A program made the translations under genes and the position numbers. From Octopus sinensis (lineage: Eukaryota), in the NCBI RefSeq assembly GCF_006345805.1, contig NC_043009.1:62930001-62994000 (forward strand): DNA of 64,000 nt, in the 5' to 3' direction. The notes below the pieces were generated by a model, which saw only the letters and a program-made list of their open reading frames with translations, was not told the DNA's origin and did not search any database. Shown piece after piece: positions 36,340-46,912 of the stretch (positions are counted from its first letter, which is position 1; every line of letters begins with the position of its first letter).

Positions 36340-36790
36340 TTCATCATTCTGTGATGCACCTGGACACATCATCAGTGATGCTTTTGGGGTCTCATTAGGT
36401 ATTTTGGGTCTTTTCAACATCAGACACCCAGCTGGGGTTGATCAACCTCCGTTTAACACTACCCTTAGCCCCTGTGCTATCTTAAAGCATGGGCTCACTG
36501 TACAGTTGCCCGGGGACCTTACAGATCTTGGGGCCCAATGTACTGATTCAGCTGGGGACTTATAATGCTACTAAGATGGCCTGGCTACCCCTGGTAGCAT
36601 AAACCCCTTCTAGGGCTTGCACATCTACAGCCACTTTGAAGCAAACTCTTCTGCCTCCACAGTCAACCTGGTGAACTTCTGCTTACTAGCTCCAGTGATG
36701 CCAAGTATGCTGCAAGTTCTGTAGGGAGGGACTAGCCTATAAACCCTATGCATCCCACCTCAATGGGATCACCCTTGCTTGCCAAACTAC
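36340..36790 (-). mobile_element. HERO-like (R2-group, restriction-like endonuclease) LINE 3' fragment
   Basis: DPIEVGCIGFIG*SL...ILGITGAS...EAEEFASKWL*; 3' UTR-like GGGTGTCTGATGTTGAAAAGACCC...ATCACTGATGATGTGTCC. Confidence 0.65.
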
Positions 36791-37068
36791 TTAACTAAAA
36801 TTATTCAAAGGTCCAAATGAGTAGAAATTAGTTGAAGTAAGGGAGCTAAGAATGAATTACAGGTACAATACATATGACAGGCTTCTATAGTTTCCATCCC
36901 CTCAAATTCATTCACAGGGCTTAGGTTGACATGCAGCTATGGCAAAGACATTGGCCCAAGGTGCCACAGGACTTGGATTAAACCAGATATCGTATGGTTG
37001 CAAAGCAAACTTCTCAATCGTTTAGCCATGTCTGGATCCACTTCTTTGTATAGAATATTTGTAGAATA

Positions 37069-37470
37069 CTCTTTACTCTCTTTTACATGTTTCAGTCATT
37101 TGACTGTGGCCATGCTGGAGCACTGCCTTTAGTCGAGCAAATCGACCCTGGGACTTATCTTTGTAAGCCCAGTACTTATTCTATCGGTCTCTTTTGCCGG
37201 GGACGTAAACACACCAGCATCGGTTGTCAAGCAATGCTAGAGGGACAAACACAGACACACAAACATATACACACACACACACATATATATACATATACAT
37301 ATATACGACAGGCTTCTTTCAGTTTCCGTCTACCAAATCCACTCACAAGGCATTGGTTGGCCCGAGGCTATAGCAGAAGACACTTGCCCAAGATGCCACG
37401 CAGTGGGACTGAACCTGGAACCATGTGGTTGGTAGGCAAGCTACTTACCACACAGCCACTCCTGTGCCTA
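37069..37470 (-). mobile_element. SINE-A (TAF7 intron 3)
   Basis: Full reverse copy. Confidence 0.88.
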
Positions 37471-37613
37471 TATATAGGAATGTAATTTTTTTAAATAATT
37501 TGAATTCATAATGGTGTTGTTATTTCTTTAAACAACAAGTAATAAATTGCAGCATTTTATTAGCTAAGGTAAAGTTGTTAATATTTGTACTAATACATCT
37601 ATAGTTTCCATCC

Positions 37614-38622
37614 GGATATTGTACGATGGGTTGGTGCCTTCCTCTCAGATCGCTCCTTCCAAGTTCAAGTTAATGGTTCGCTGTCTGATGTCTCCAGTGC
37701 GAGCAGTGGCGTGCCTCAAGGTTCAGTGCTTGGGCCCTTGTTGTTCTTAGTCTTCATAAATGACCTGCCCGACGACCTCACGCAACACACCCTTCTATTT
37801 GCCGACAATATCAAACTGGTCGCTCCTCGCGGTAGTATAGAGGATCTTCGTCGATGCCTCCACCAAATTTGGAAGTGGTCTAACGATTGGGACCTGTGTC
37901 TGAACGTGTCAAAGTGCTGTCATCTGCCTGTCGGCTCTACTCCAGCAACTCAACTTGATTTCGAGCCGGGTCGTCTGCTGCTGGAGAGGACCGATCAGGT
38001 AAAGGACCTGGGTATCTTGGTGGATTCCTCCTTTTCGCCTTCGGCCCAGTGCGTCCATGCTGCCAACAAAGCGCGCGGAATTCTGTTTTTGATTCGACGG
38101 TCATTCGGAATGCTCACAGCAGCCATATTCCTGCCACTCTATGTCACGCTGGTGAGACCCATATTGGAGTATGGGATTCAAGCCTCTTCTCCTTATCTCC
38201 TCAAAGACATACAGCACCTCGAAAGAGTCCAGAGGCTGGCTACCCGCATGGTTCATGGTCTCAAAATTTGTCCTACGAAGAAAGGCTGAGGACGCTCGAC
38301 CTTTATTCTCTTGAAAAACGCCGCCGCCGTGGTGATCTCATTCTCGCCCACAACATCATAAGCGGGAAGTGTAACCTCTCGAAAGAGCTGTTCTTCACTC
38401 CTGCTCCGGAGCGTCGGCTGCGGGGTCATTCCGAAAAGCTCTACCTGCGACGATTTCATCTCAATCGAAGGAGATGCCGACGACCGCTTTGTTCAAAGCC
38501 TCCCTGGACCTCAAGTGGCCTGAACTCTTTACATGAACACCACCCTGTACTTAACTCCATGTCCCCCTACATGGCCTTGCTATTTGCTTTTGAGCCAAAT
38601 TAACTAACTAACTAACTAACTA
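37614..38622 (+). mobile_element. 5'-truncated CR1/L2-group LINE, relatively young, with (TAAC)n tail
   Basis: RT motifs SGVPQGSVLGPLLFLVFINDLP and LLFADNIKL, then LVRPILEYG and LEKRRRRGDLI; one frameshift near 38270 and an internal deletion near 38475. Confidence 0.92.
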
Positions 38623-38860
38623 TCCCTGTTTATTATGGGGGTTTGGTTCCAAAAAAATAACAAAGATAAATGAAGCATCTCCAAGCACTTTGTAAAATAG
38701 AATAAATGGTAGATTCATTGGCACTAAATTTGCTTCCATTATCACATGTTTCCTTGACCCTTTCTACCTTTTCCTGTAGAGAATACGCTCATCTGAATCA
38801 TTTGTAAGGATCAGATGCTTTTGTATCTTTTCCATTCATTCGTTACATGTTGATAAGTGT
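38622..38860 (-). mobile_element. Possible pogo/Tigger remnant
   Basis: AYSLQEKVERVKETCDNG...NESTIYSIL resembles a CENP-B-type HTH; degraded TIR-like end near 38622-38650. Confidence 0.3.
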
Positions 38861-38891
38861 AAGTACAAAGATCTGTATAAAAATTACACAT

Positions 38892-39057
38892 AGGCGCAGG
38901 AGTGGCTGTGTGGTAAGTAGCTTGCTAACCAAACACATGGTTCCGCATTCAGTCCCACTGCGTGTCATCTTGGCCAAGTGTCTTCTGCTATAGCCCCGGG
39001 CCGACCAATGCCTTGTGAGTGGATTTGGTAGAAGGAAACTGAAAGAAGCCTGTCGTA

Positions 39058-39100
<43 letters not shown>

Positions 39101-39307
39101 ATGTGGGTGTGTGTTTGTGCGTGTGTGTTTGTCCCCCTAGCATTGCTTGACAACCGATGCTGGTGTGTTTACGTCCCGGCAAAAGAGACCGATAGAATAA
39201 GTACTGGGCTTACAAAAGAATAAGTCCCAGGGTCGATTTGCTCGACTAAAAGGCGGTGCTCCAGCATGGCCGCAGTCAAATGACTGAAACAAGTAAAAGA
39301 GTGAAAG
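38892..39307 (+). mobile_element. SINE-A (TAF7 intron 3)
   Basis: Full copy, inverted relative to 37069. Confidence 0.88.
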
Positions 39308-40027
39308 AGAGAGTCTAGTAACACAGACACATGAAACACAAGTGGCAGCCAGTGCATTCTGAAAAGCTGAGCATTGTGGGTGAATGTTGGGGTAGGGTTT
39401 TGCAGTACAAACAGGATCTTTGACCAATGTTATCACAGACCAATTTGTGATAAGTATAACATGGCTTGTGGAGGCACATGGCCTAGTGTTTAGAGCAGCA
39501 GACTCGCGGTCAAGGGATCGCGGGTTTGAATCTCAGACCGGGTGATGTGTGTGCTTATGAGTGAAACCCCTAAGCACCATGCGGCTCCAGCAGAAGGAAG
39601 TGGCGAACTTCTGCTGACTCTTTCGCCACAACTTTCTCTCATTCTTTCCTCCTGCATCTTGCAGCTCACCTGCGACGGACCGGTGCCTCGTCCAGGTGGG
39701 GAATCTATACGCCAAGGAAATCGGCCCTTATGAGCCAGGCATGGCTAGAGAAGGAACAAACAGAAAAAATAACACGGCTCACAACTGAGTGTACCATGTT
39801 ATCTCAGATCATTGATGAATGAATCTGTGATAAATGTGGCTACATGTATATTTTTGATAAAAAATGGAAATTTGTTGAAAAAGATATTGTATTTAACAAG
39901 AGTCATTACTGACAGTTATTAAACATTAAGTCACAAATCTCTTGCCAAAAGATCTAAAAGAAAGAAATAATTAAAAATAAACTTATATTCACATTCTAAA
40001 ATGGAAAATGAAAACCACAGCTCTTAC

Positions 40028-40108
40028 TTGCATAACATCAGCTATTTTGTAGAATGTCTTCCGGTCCACAGTCTTCAGGGTTTCCATCATACATGGTGAA
40101 TCCATTAA
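40028..40108 (-). CDS. TAF7: TAF7 coding exon 3 (LMDSPCMMETLKTVDRKTFYKIADVMQ)
   Basis: Acceptor ttctag|, donor CAA|gtaaga; 81 nt. Resembles human [27 protein letters not shown]. Confidence 0.95.
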
Positions 40109-40214
40109 CTAGAAAGCCAGAAACAGTTAGAGGTGGATGATTTCTTACAAGAAATAAAATTCAAAGCTAGCGGCTCAATAAGTTTAGCAACTGAAATAAT
40201 TTAATCATTAACTG

Positions 40215-40390
40215 TAGGCGCAGGAGTGGCTGTGTGGTAAGTAGCTTGCTTACCAACCACATGGTTCCAGGTTCAGTCCCACTGCGTGACACCTTGGGCA
40301 AGTGTCTTCTACTATAGCCTCAGGCCGACCAAAGCCTTGTGAGTGGATTTGCTAGACGGAAACTGAAAGAAGCCCGTCGTATATATGTAT

Positions 40391-40466
<76 letters not shown>

Positions 40467-40677
40467 ATATGTTTATTTGTCTGTGTTTGTTCCCCCCAAC
40501 ATCACTTGACAACCGATGCCGGAGTGTTTACATCCCTGTAACTTAGCAGTTTGGCAAAAGAGACTGATAGATTAAGTATTAGGTTTACAAAGAATAAGTC
40601 CTGGGGTCGATTTGCTCGACTAAAGGCGGTGCTCCAGCATGGCTGCAGTCAAATGACTGAAACAAGTAAAAGAGTAA
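40215..40677 (+). mobile_element. SINE-A (TAF7 intron 2)
   Basis: Full copy about 100 nt from exon 3. Confidence 0.88.
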
Positions 40678-41677
40678 CTGATGTTCATGGTTTCTTTCTA
40701 ATTTCAAAATTTCATAGAACTAATTAATATTTCCTACATACAGTGTTTGTTAAAAATCAATGCTAAATTAATAATATTCTAAATTCAGATATGAATACAT
40801 GTTTCTGTTGCTATAAATCATAAAAGTAAATTAATATTATCTAAAGTATATTTTTGAGTCCTTCCTCCTCAGAACTGCAGCCCTCTGGAATTATCTCCCT
40901 GTCTACATTTCAGCTGCAGTTGTTTAAGAGATATCTCAATCACATATCTTGGAGGGCCTATGAAGGCTATGAACATAGCATCCACATCTAGAGCAAACCA
41001 GAAAAAGCAAACTTTTCTTTCTTTCATCTGCAAAATTTTTAATAATTTTGGCCAGAAATGTTAAGCCTAGAATAGCTTTGAATTAAAGAATAAACAGACT
41101 TTTACTAAGTAATAAAATTTTCTTCTTACTTTAATAGATTCTAAAAAGTTACTCCTGTGATCAGATTTTGAGCTGAATGTTTGGCTCAAAAAGCAAAAAG
41201 CAAGGCCATGTAGGGGGACATGGAGTTATGTACAGGGTGGTGTTCATGTAAAGAGTTCAGGCCACTTGTGGTCAAGGGAGACTTTGAACCGAGCGGTCGT
41301 CGGCATCTTAATTTACAAAATCAATTTCTCGTTAGTTATTTCAAACGAACTAAATTTTGTTAATCCTTTTTGTTCACACAAAATTAAAAGGTAACAATTT
41401 GCATTATTTGTAGCATTTTTATTTCATTACCTGGCCAAGCTGGATTGAAAATCTTAGAAAAGAAATTAGCCAACCACTTCACAGTGTGTGCTGGGTGTTT
41501 TTTATGTGGTACTGGGTGTGCTTGTTATGTGGTACTGGTACCAGTCAAGTCACTAAGTAACTCACAAGGTAAGACTGCTCACCTGAAGGGGTTGTAGTAT
41601 TAAAAGTATGATCAAAGGACAAAATCATGTCTTGCTGTAGAGTAGAAACATGGCTAAAATTTAAAAAGTATATTTAA

Positions 41678-41884
41678 CCCTTTCGTTACTGTATTTATTT
41701 TGAGATGCTCTGTGTTTCTTTCAATTACTTTAAATATAACAAAGAATTTAGTAAAATAATTTAGTTATCATTCAGCTAGTGTTAGGAACATAAATTGTGG
41801 AAGATTTTAATTCAAAATTTATGAAAACAAGACATTTTTCCTACGGAGCCAGAGGCGGTTTCAGCTGGGTTGGTATCAAAAGGG
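41678..41884. mobile_element. piggyBac-like MITE, family 1
   Basis: TTAA|CCCTTTCG...AAAAGGG|TTAA. Confidence 0.85.
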
Positions 41885-42012
41885 TTAAAGAATCAATTTA
41901 CATGTGATAAAATATATATCAAAATCTTCTTTATCTCAACTGAATGTTTTCCTAAATGTATTAACTCCTTGTTGTAAATATGAATTAAAGTTAAAATGTT
42001 ATAAATACAAAC

Positions 42013-42144
42013 CTTAGCAGAGAACACTTCACTACCATAACGCACGATGCCATGTCGAAGATCATTTTGAACTTCAATACTCAATTTGTCTTTCAAAGAA
42101 ACAGCTCCTGTTTGAACATCTTGACGAAGTGCAGCAGCAGGACC
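42013..42144 (-). CDS. TAF7: TAF7 coding exon 2 (GPAAALRQDV...LKDKLSIEVQNDLRHGIVRYGSEVFSAK)
   Basis: Acceptor gaccag|, donor AAG|gtttgt; 132 nt, phase 0/0. Resembles human LKDRLTIELHPDGRHGIVRV. Confidence 0.95.
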
Positions 42145-42454
42145 CTGGTCATAACAATAAACACCTCAAGAATTAGTATTTTCATCAACAGAGATATTTG
42201 AAAATTTCTTTGCTTCATTTTAAACTTTTTGTTAGTGAATTTTACTTTAAGCCTTAATTTGAAATAGACAAGCATTAGGCTCTTGGCCACAGGTTGCAAA
42301 ATAATGCATGCTCTTTGGACACACCTTTTGAGAAATAGAACAAATCAATTATATATATATATATTCACTCTGATAATGTTGCTTTGGAATCTGGAACCAC
42401 AGTAACTCTGTAATGGCACACGACTGTTTGTAAAAAAAAAAAAAATCTACCCCA

Positions 42455-43030
42455 TGTCATTGAAGTGTCTGTTTTAATGGGATGTGGACAAGGGAACAAC
42501 ATATTCATTCCAAGAATTCCCCCTCGTTCCATCAGGAGCGGACATTCCCTTTTCATTTCAGAGACTCTAATTCCCAATCCGTGTCAGCTTTGCAATGTCC
42601 ATCAACAAGTTCCAAGGCCAAACTCTATCTGTGGCTGGCCTTCTTTTGGAAGAGTCACGTTTTTCACATGGAGAACTGTATGTTGCCTGTTCAAGAGTGG
42701 GGAGCAAGGTGGATCTTTTCGCCTTTGCCAAAAACAGGAAAACACGGAACATTGTGTACAAGGAGGTGCTGCGATCGCAGCAACAAAGAGAAAAAGGGTC
42801 AGTGCTTCCCGTTTCTTGAACATTCGTATTACAATTGTTCATCGCTGCATGCCTAACATCATTTGACATTTTAGATAAAGGGACACGAGAGCATAGCCCC
42901 GATTGGTTGAGAAAAGAAGACACTGCTTCACGGTCTACTTTCCGGACCATAGACGATAGGGATAGACTCGATACCAAAGACTGTAGGGGCAGACTCGATC
43001 ACGGGCAACGCCAGGATTTATATACTATAT
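42455..43030 (+). mobile_element. 3' end of an autonomous Helitron (PIF1 helicase C-terminus), pseudogenised
   Basis: IFIPRIP, FPIRVSFAMSINKFQGQTL, FSHGELYVACSRV and TRNIVYKEVL motifs with frameshifts; degraded terminal hairpin CGGGCAACGCCAGG near 43002. Confidence 0.88.
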
Positions 43031-43115
43031 CTATATAGTTATTGTAATTTCAGTTCATTTAGGATCACAGTGTATTTTTTTTTTGCCTTGAAATTTTAGC
43101 AATAACGATGCATAA

Positions 43116-43528
43116 TAGGCGCAGGAGTGGCTGTGTGGTAAGTAGCTTGCTAACCAACCACATGGTTCCGGGTTCAGTCCCACTGCGTGGCATCTTGGGC
43201 AAGTGTCTTCTGCTATAGCCCCGGGCCGACCAATACCTTGTGAGTGGATTTGGTAGACGGAAACTGCAAGAAGCCTGTCGTATATATGTATATATATACA
43301 TATATATGTGTGTGTGTGTGTGTTTGTGTGTCTGTGTTTGTCCCCCTAGCATTGCTTGACAACCGATGCTGGTGTGTTTACGTCCCCGTCACTTAGTGGT
43401 TCGGCAAAAAGAGACCGATAGAATAAGTACTGGGCTTACAAAGAATAAGTCCCAGGGTCGATTAGCTCGACTAAAGGCGGTGCTCCAGCATGGCCGCAGT
43501 CAAATGACTGAAACAGGTAAAAGAGAGT
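43116..43528 (+). mobile_element. SINE-A (TAF7 intron 1)
   Basis: Near-consensus full copy. Confidence 0.88.
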
Positions 43529-43784
43529 ATAATGCAAAAGAATATATTTATGTTATCCCAAATATAAAAACTCTTCAGGTGGAGCTGGCTGGAGTGACAA
43601 TTCTTTAGGTGGTTATTCTAAATCGACGATTCTTCAGGTAATACGAAATGAGAAAACACGTTAAAGATTACATCAATAAAACCAACGGTATATCGACTGG
43701 AAGCATAAAGTGGGGAAAATACCAAAACCGGTGCCCGAAAGAAAAAAGTAAATACCGGCGTCAAAATACATACTTTAATCGTAA

Positions 43785-44000
43785 CTGGGGTCCTCCGTCG
43801 GTTACGACGACGAGTGTTCCAGTTGATCCCGATCAACGGAGCAGCCTGCTCGTGAAATTAAAGTACAAGTGGCTGAGTACTCCACAGACAGTGCAATGCA
43901 GAATGTGACAAGGTTGGCCCCTTTGAATTACAGGTACAACTCGCTTTTACCAGCCGAGTGGACTGGAGCAATGTGAAATAAAGTGTCTTGCTCAAGGATA
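43785..44000 (-). mobile_element. Modular SINE, tail X with head-2-type middle, 5'-truncated
   Basis: Reverse of CCTTGAGCAAGACACTTTATTTCAC...CTCGTCGTCGTAACC; matches 60102-60423. Confidence 0.7.
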
Positions 44001-44094
44001 CAATTTTAATTATATGCTTAATATAATACCAAACAACAACACAATTACACACCAAAGGCAGGCATCGATCAAAGGTACAACAGTACACAACTAT

Positions 44095-44320
44095 CTGGCA
44101 GAATCGTTAGCACGCCGGGCGAAATGCTTAGCGGTATTTCGTCCGTCTTCACGTTCTGAGTTCAAATTCCGCCGAGGTCGACTTTGCCTTTCATCCTTTC
44201 TGGGTCGATAAATTAAGTACCAGTTACGCACTGGGGTCGATGTAATCGCCTTAATACCTATGTCTGTTCTTGTTTGTCCCCTCTATGTTTAGCCCCTTGT
44301 GGGTAATAAAGAAATAGGTA
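44095..44320 (+). mobile_element. SINE-B
   Basis: Near-consensus copy. Confidence 0.85.
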
Positions 44321-44353
44321 TGCTACTGTATACGGCCCCTTCTATAAATATCT

Positions 44354-44580
44354 GAGGCATTCTTTCTATATAACTCGACAAAATCAAAAGATTTCACCGG
44401 GTATTTCCGTGGGTTGTGGAGTATAGATATAACGAAATTATGCCAGCAATGGCATAATTTTCTGCTTGGAAATTTGCGGATTTCCAAGCAGAAAACAGAA
44501 TCGAACAGTCATTTGCTTCCACGGAAATACCCCGAAGTGAAGTGTTTTGAATTTGTCGAGTTATATCGAAAGAAAGCCAC
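44354..44580. mobile_element. Long-TIR MITE with 4-bp TSD and two internal hairpins (Sola-like)
   Basis: Arms of about 60 bp (44354-44412 / 44519-44580); ATCT on both sides; inner perfect hairpins 44435-44460 and 44458-44495. Confidence 0.65.
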
Positions 44581-44930
44581 ATCTCTGATAACTAGATGAA
44601 CTAAACTGAACAGAGACTAGAAAGCACACAGAAAAAGGCTTATAATATTTCTATAAGACATCAAAAATTCAAATGGAATTATAATCGAAGATTCTCTCGA
44701 TTCTCTTAGATTTACAAGATACTTAACGGGACGAGCTCCCGAATCAAATACTGTATCTATATTGCACAGAAACATTTTAGATCGTTTCCGAAAGACTCAT
44801 CCGACCGACTGACAACCTTTTACTTACCAATTCCACAACAAAGTCTTTAAATTACAAAAGTAAATACAATATTAGGGAAACAATAAAGACTAGCAAATCG
44901 AAAAGATATTATGCATTGTGAGTTATTTAC

Positions 44931-45053
44931 CGGCGGCAGTCTCAGAATGAAATGTTGTTCCAAATCAAAAGCAGATTCTGTAGCGTTTTCCTTTTTTTTC
45001 AGGCTGGGTTTGGCAGAAGTCGATCCTCCGACCTTTATGTTCACTCCGACCAT
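44931..45053 (-). CDS. TAF7: TAF7 coding exon 1 (MVGVNIKVGG...FDLEQHFILRLPP)
   Basis: ATG at 45053; 123 nt; ends at donor CCG|gtaaat, phase 0. LEQHFILRLPP matches the TAFII55_N start (human LESQFILRLPP). Confidence 0.93.
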
Positions 45054-46070
45054 TTTGCAATGAAACAAACCCCGCAAAATGCGAAATTGTCTCAGAATGT
45101 AGAGAGTGACAAATCAGTTCCCTCCCCTTGCTTAATTCTCGTTTCTCTTATCACGCGCTGAACTGCTCAGCGCACTGACGTTCTCTTACTCTCTCTCTCT
45201 TTTACTCTCTTTTACTTCTTTCAGTCATTTGACTGCGGCCATGCTGGAGCACCGTCTTTAGTCGAGCAACTCGACCCCAGGACTTATTCTTTGTAAGCCC
45301 AGTACTTATTCTATCGGTCTCTCTTTTGCCGAACCGCTAAGTGACGGGGACGTAAACACACCAGCATCGATTGTCAAGCAATGCTAGGGGGACAAACACA
45401 AACACACACACATATATATATACACATATATACGACTTTGCCTTTCATCCTCTCGGGGTCGATAAATAAAGTACCAGTTACGCACTGGGTTGATGTAATC
45501 GACTTAATCCGTTTGTCTGTCCTTGTTTGTCCCCTCTCTGTTTAGCCCCTTGTGGGTAGTAAAGAAATATATATACGACAGGCTTCTTTCAGTTTCCGCC
45601 TACCAAATCCACACATAAGGCTTTGGTCGACCCGGGGCTATAGCAGAAGACACTTGCCCAAGATGTCACGCAGTGGAACTGAACCCGGAACCATGTGGTT
45701 TGTAAGCAAGCTACTTACCACACAACCACTCCTGCGCCTGTGTTTTATGTTCTGCTAATGTTTATTGCACTCACTGGTAAACTGCGGCCCGCGGGTCCAA
45801 TGATCCTACGGGATTTGCTGAAAGGTACGCCTGGTGAAATTTTATCTTGAATTTCTTCTTACGGCGATCCTTCGGTATAGGTACACACGTGACTTTGTTT
45901 ACATTTCTGAAGATAACAGAAACCCTTTTCTCCCCCCCCTAACCCTACCCCCCCCATATATAAAAAAAACTTTCTTGAATTGTATCCGGTACTTCCGGTA
46001 CTTATACCGAAGTTACGCCCTTTTTGGTTGAGCGACTCGCCTGAGAATGAGCCATGTCCCACACGCCGGT
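45054..46070. promoter_or_regulatory. TAF7 5' UTR and upstream CpG-containing promoter region, possibly bidirectional
   Basis: Locally CpG-rich versus the flanks. ETS-like TTCCGG sites near 45983-45995, E-box CACGTG near 45886 and a plus-strand donor-like AAG|gtacgc near 45826. Split by a SINE pair at 45185-45740. Confidence 0.4.
45185..45740 (-). mobile_element. SINE-A carrying a 5'-truncated SINE-B (45437-45568, plus strand)
   Basis: 11-bp TSD ATATATACGAC at 45426-45436 and 45569-45579. Confidence 0.85.
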
Positions 46071-46076
46071 ACTACT

Positions 46077-46278
46077 TGAGAACAGTGGTTCCGGTGCGCG
46101 CACTCGCGTACTCGCGCATCCGCGCTAGCTACTCATGACTAGTCGATCCTTACTTTGTGTTAAAAAAATTTTTTTATTTTGTGTTTTATTTACTTTGCTA
46201 GGTAGTCGTTGTAGGATCAACTAGTCACGACTAGCTTGCGCGACTACGCGAGTGCGCGCACCGGGACCACTGTTCTCA
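46077..46278. repeat. CpG-rich inverted repeat (fold-back)
   Basis: TGAGAACAGTGGTTCCGGTGCGCGCACTCGCGTA... (46077-46152) versus its reverse complement (46212-46278); AT-rich spacer. Confidence 0.85.
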
Positions 46279-46912
46279 CACGCCTGCTTCTCGAGAAGGG
46301 TTGCATGATCCTAGTTAATATTATGTACATAGACTGTCTGTCAATAATCTGGCAGAATCGTTATCACGCTGGTCAAAATGCTTAGCGACATTTCTTACGT
46401 TCTGAGTTCAAATACAGGCGAGGTCGACTTTGATTTTCGGGGTCAATAAAATACGTACCAGTTCATCACTGGGCTTGATGTAATCAACTTAACCCCTGCT
46501 CTGAAATTGCTGGCATTTTTCCTCATTCTTTTCATTTTTTTGTCCCCTCCCTTATCCTTTTCCTTTCTCATGGAGTATGGGACTTAACCAGACAACTATT
46601 TCAAAACTTCACCCATGTATTTAAATACATACATTATTTCTATCAATGTATTTATATACACACTTACTGCTATGTTACAGGGAGGTAAACAAACCAATAC
46701 TGGTTGTTATGCAGTGGAGTATAGAACAAACATAGACACAAAGACACACACACACACACACATACACAATGAGCTTCCACACAGTTTCCAGCAACCAAAT
46801 TTACATTGGTCAGTCCAGGGTTATTAGTAGAAGAAATTTGTCCAAGATAACTATACAGTGGGCTTGAACCCAAAACCACATGGTTGCAAAGCAAACTTCT
46901 TAACCACACGAG

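Noticed and set aside
44847-45077. ORF-track start MRGLF... for TAF7
   Set aside because: It begins at TTG (45077). The first in-frame ATG is at 45053 and the reading leaves at the donor at 44930.
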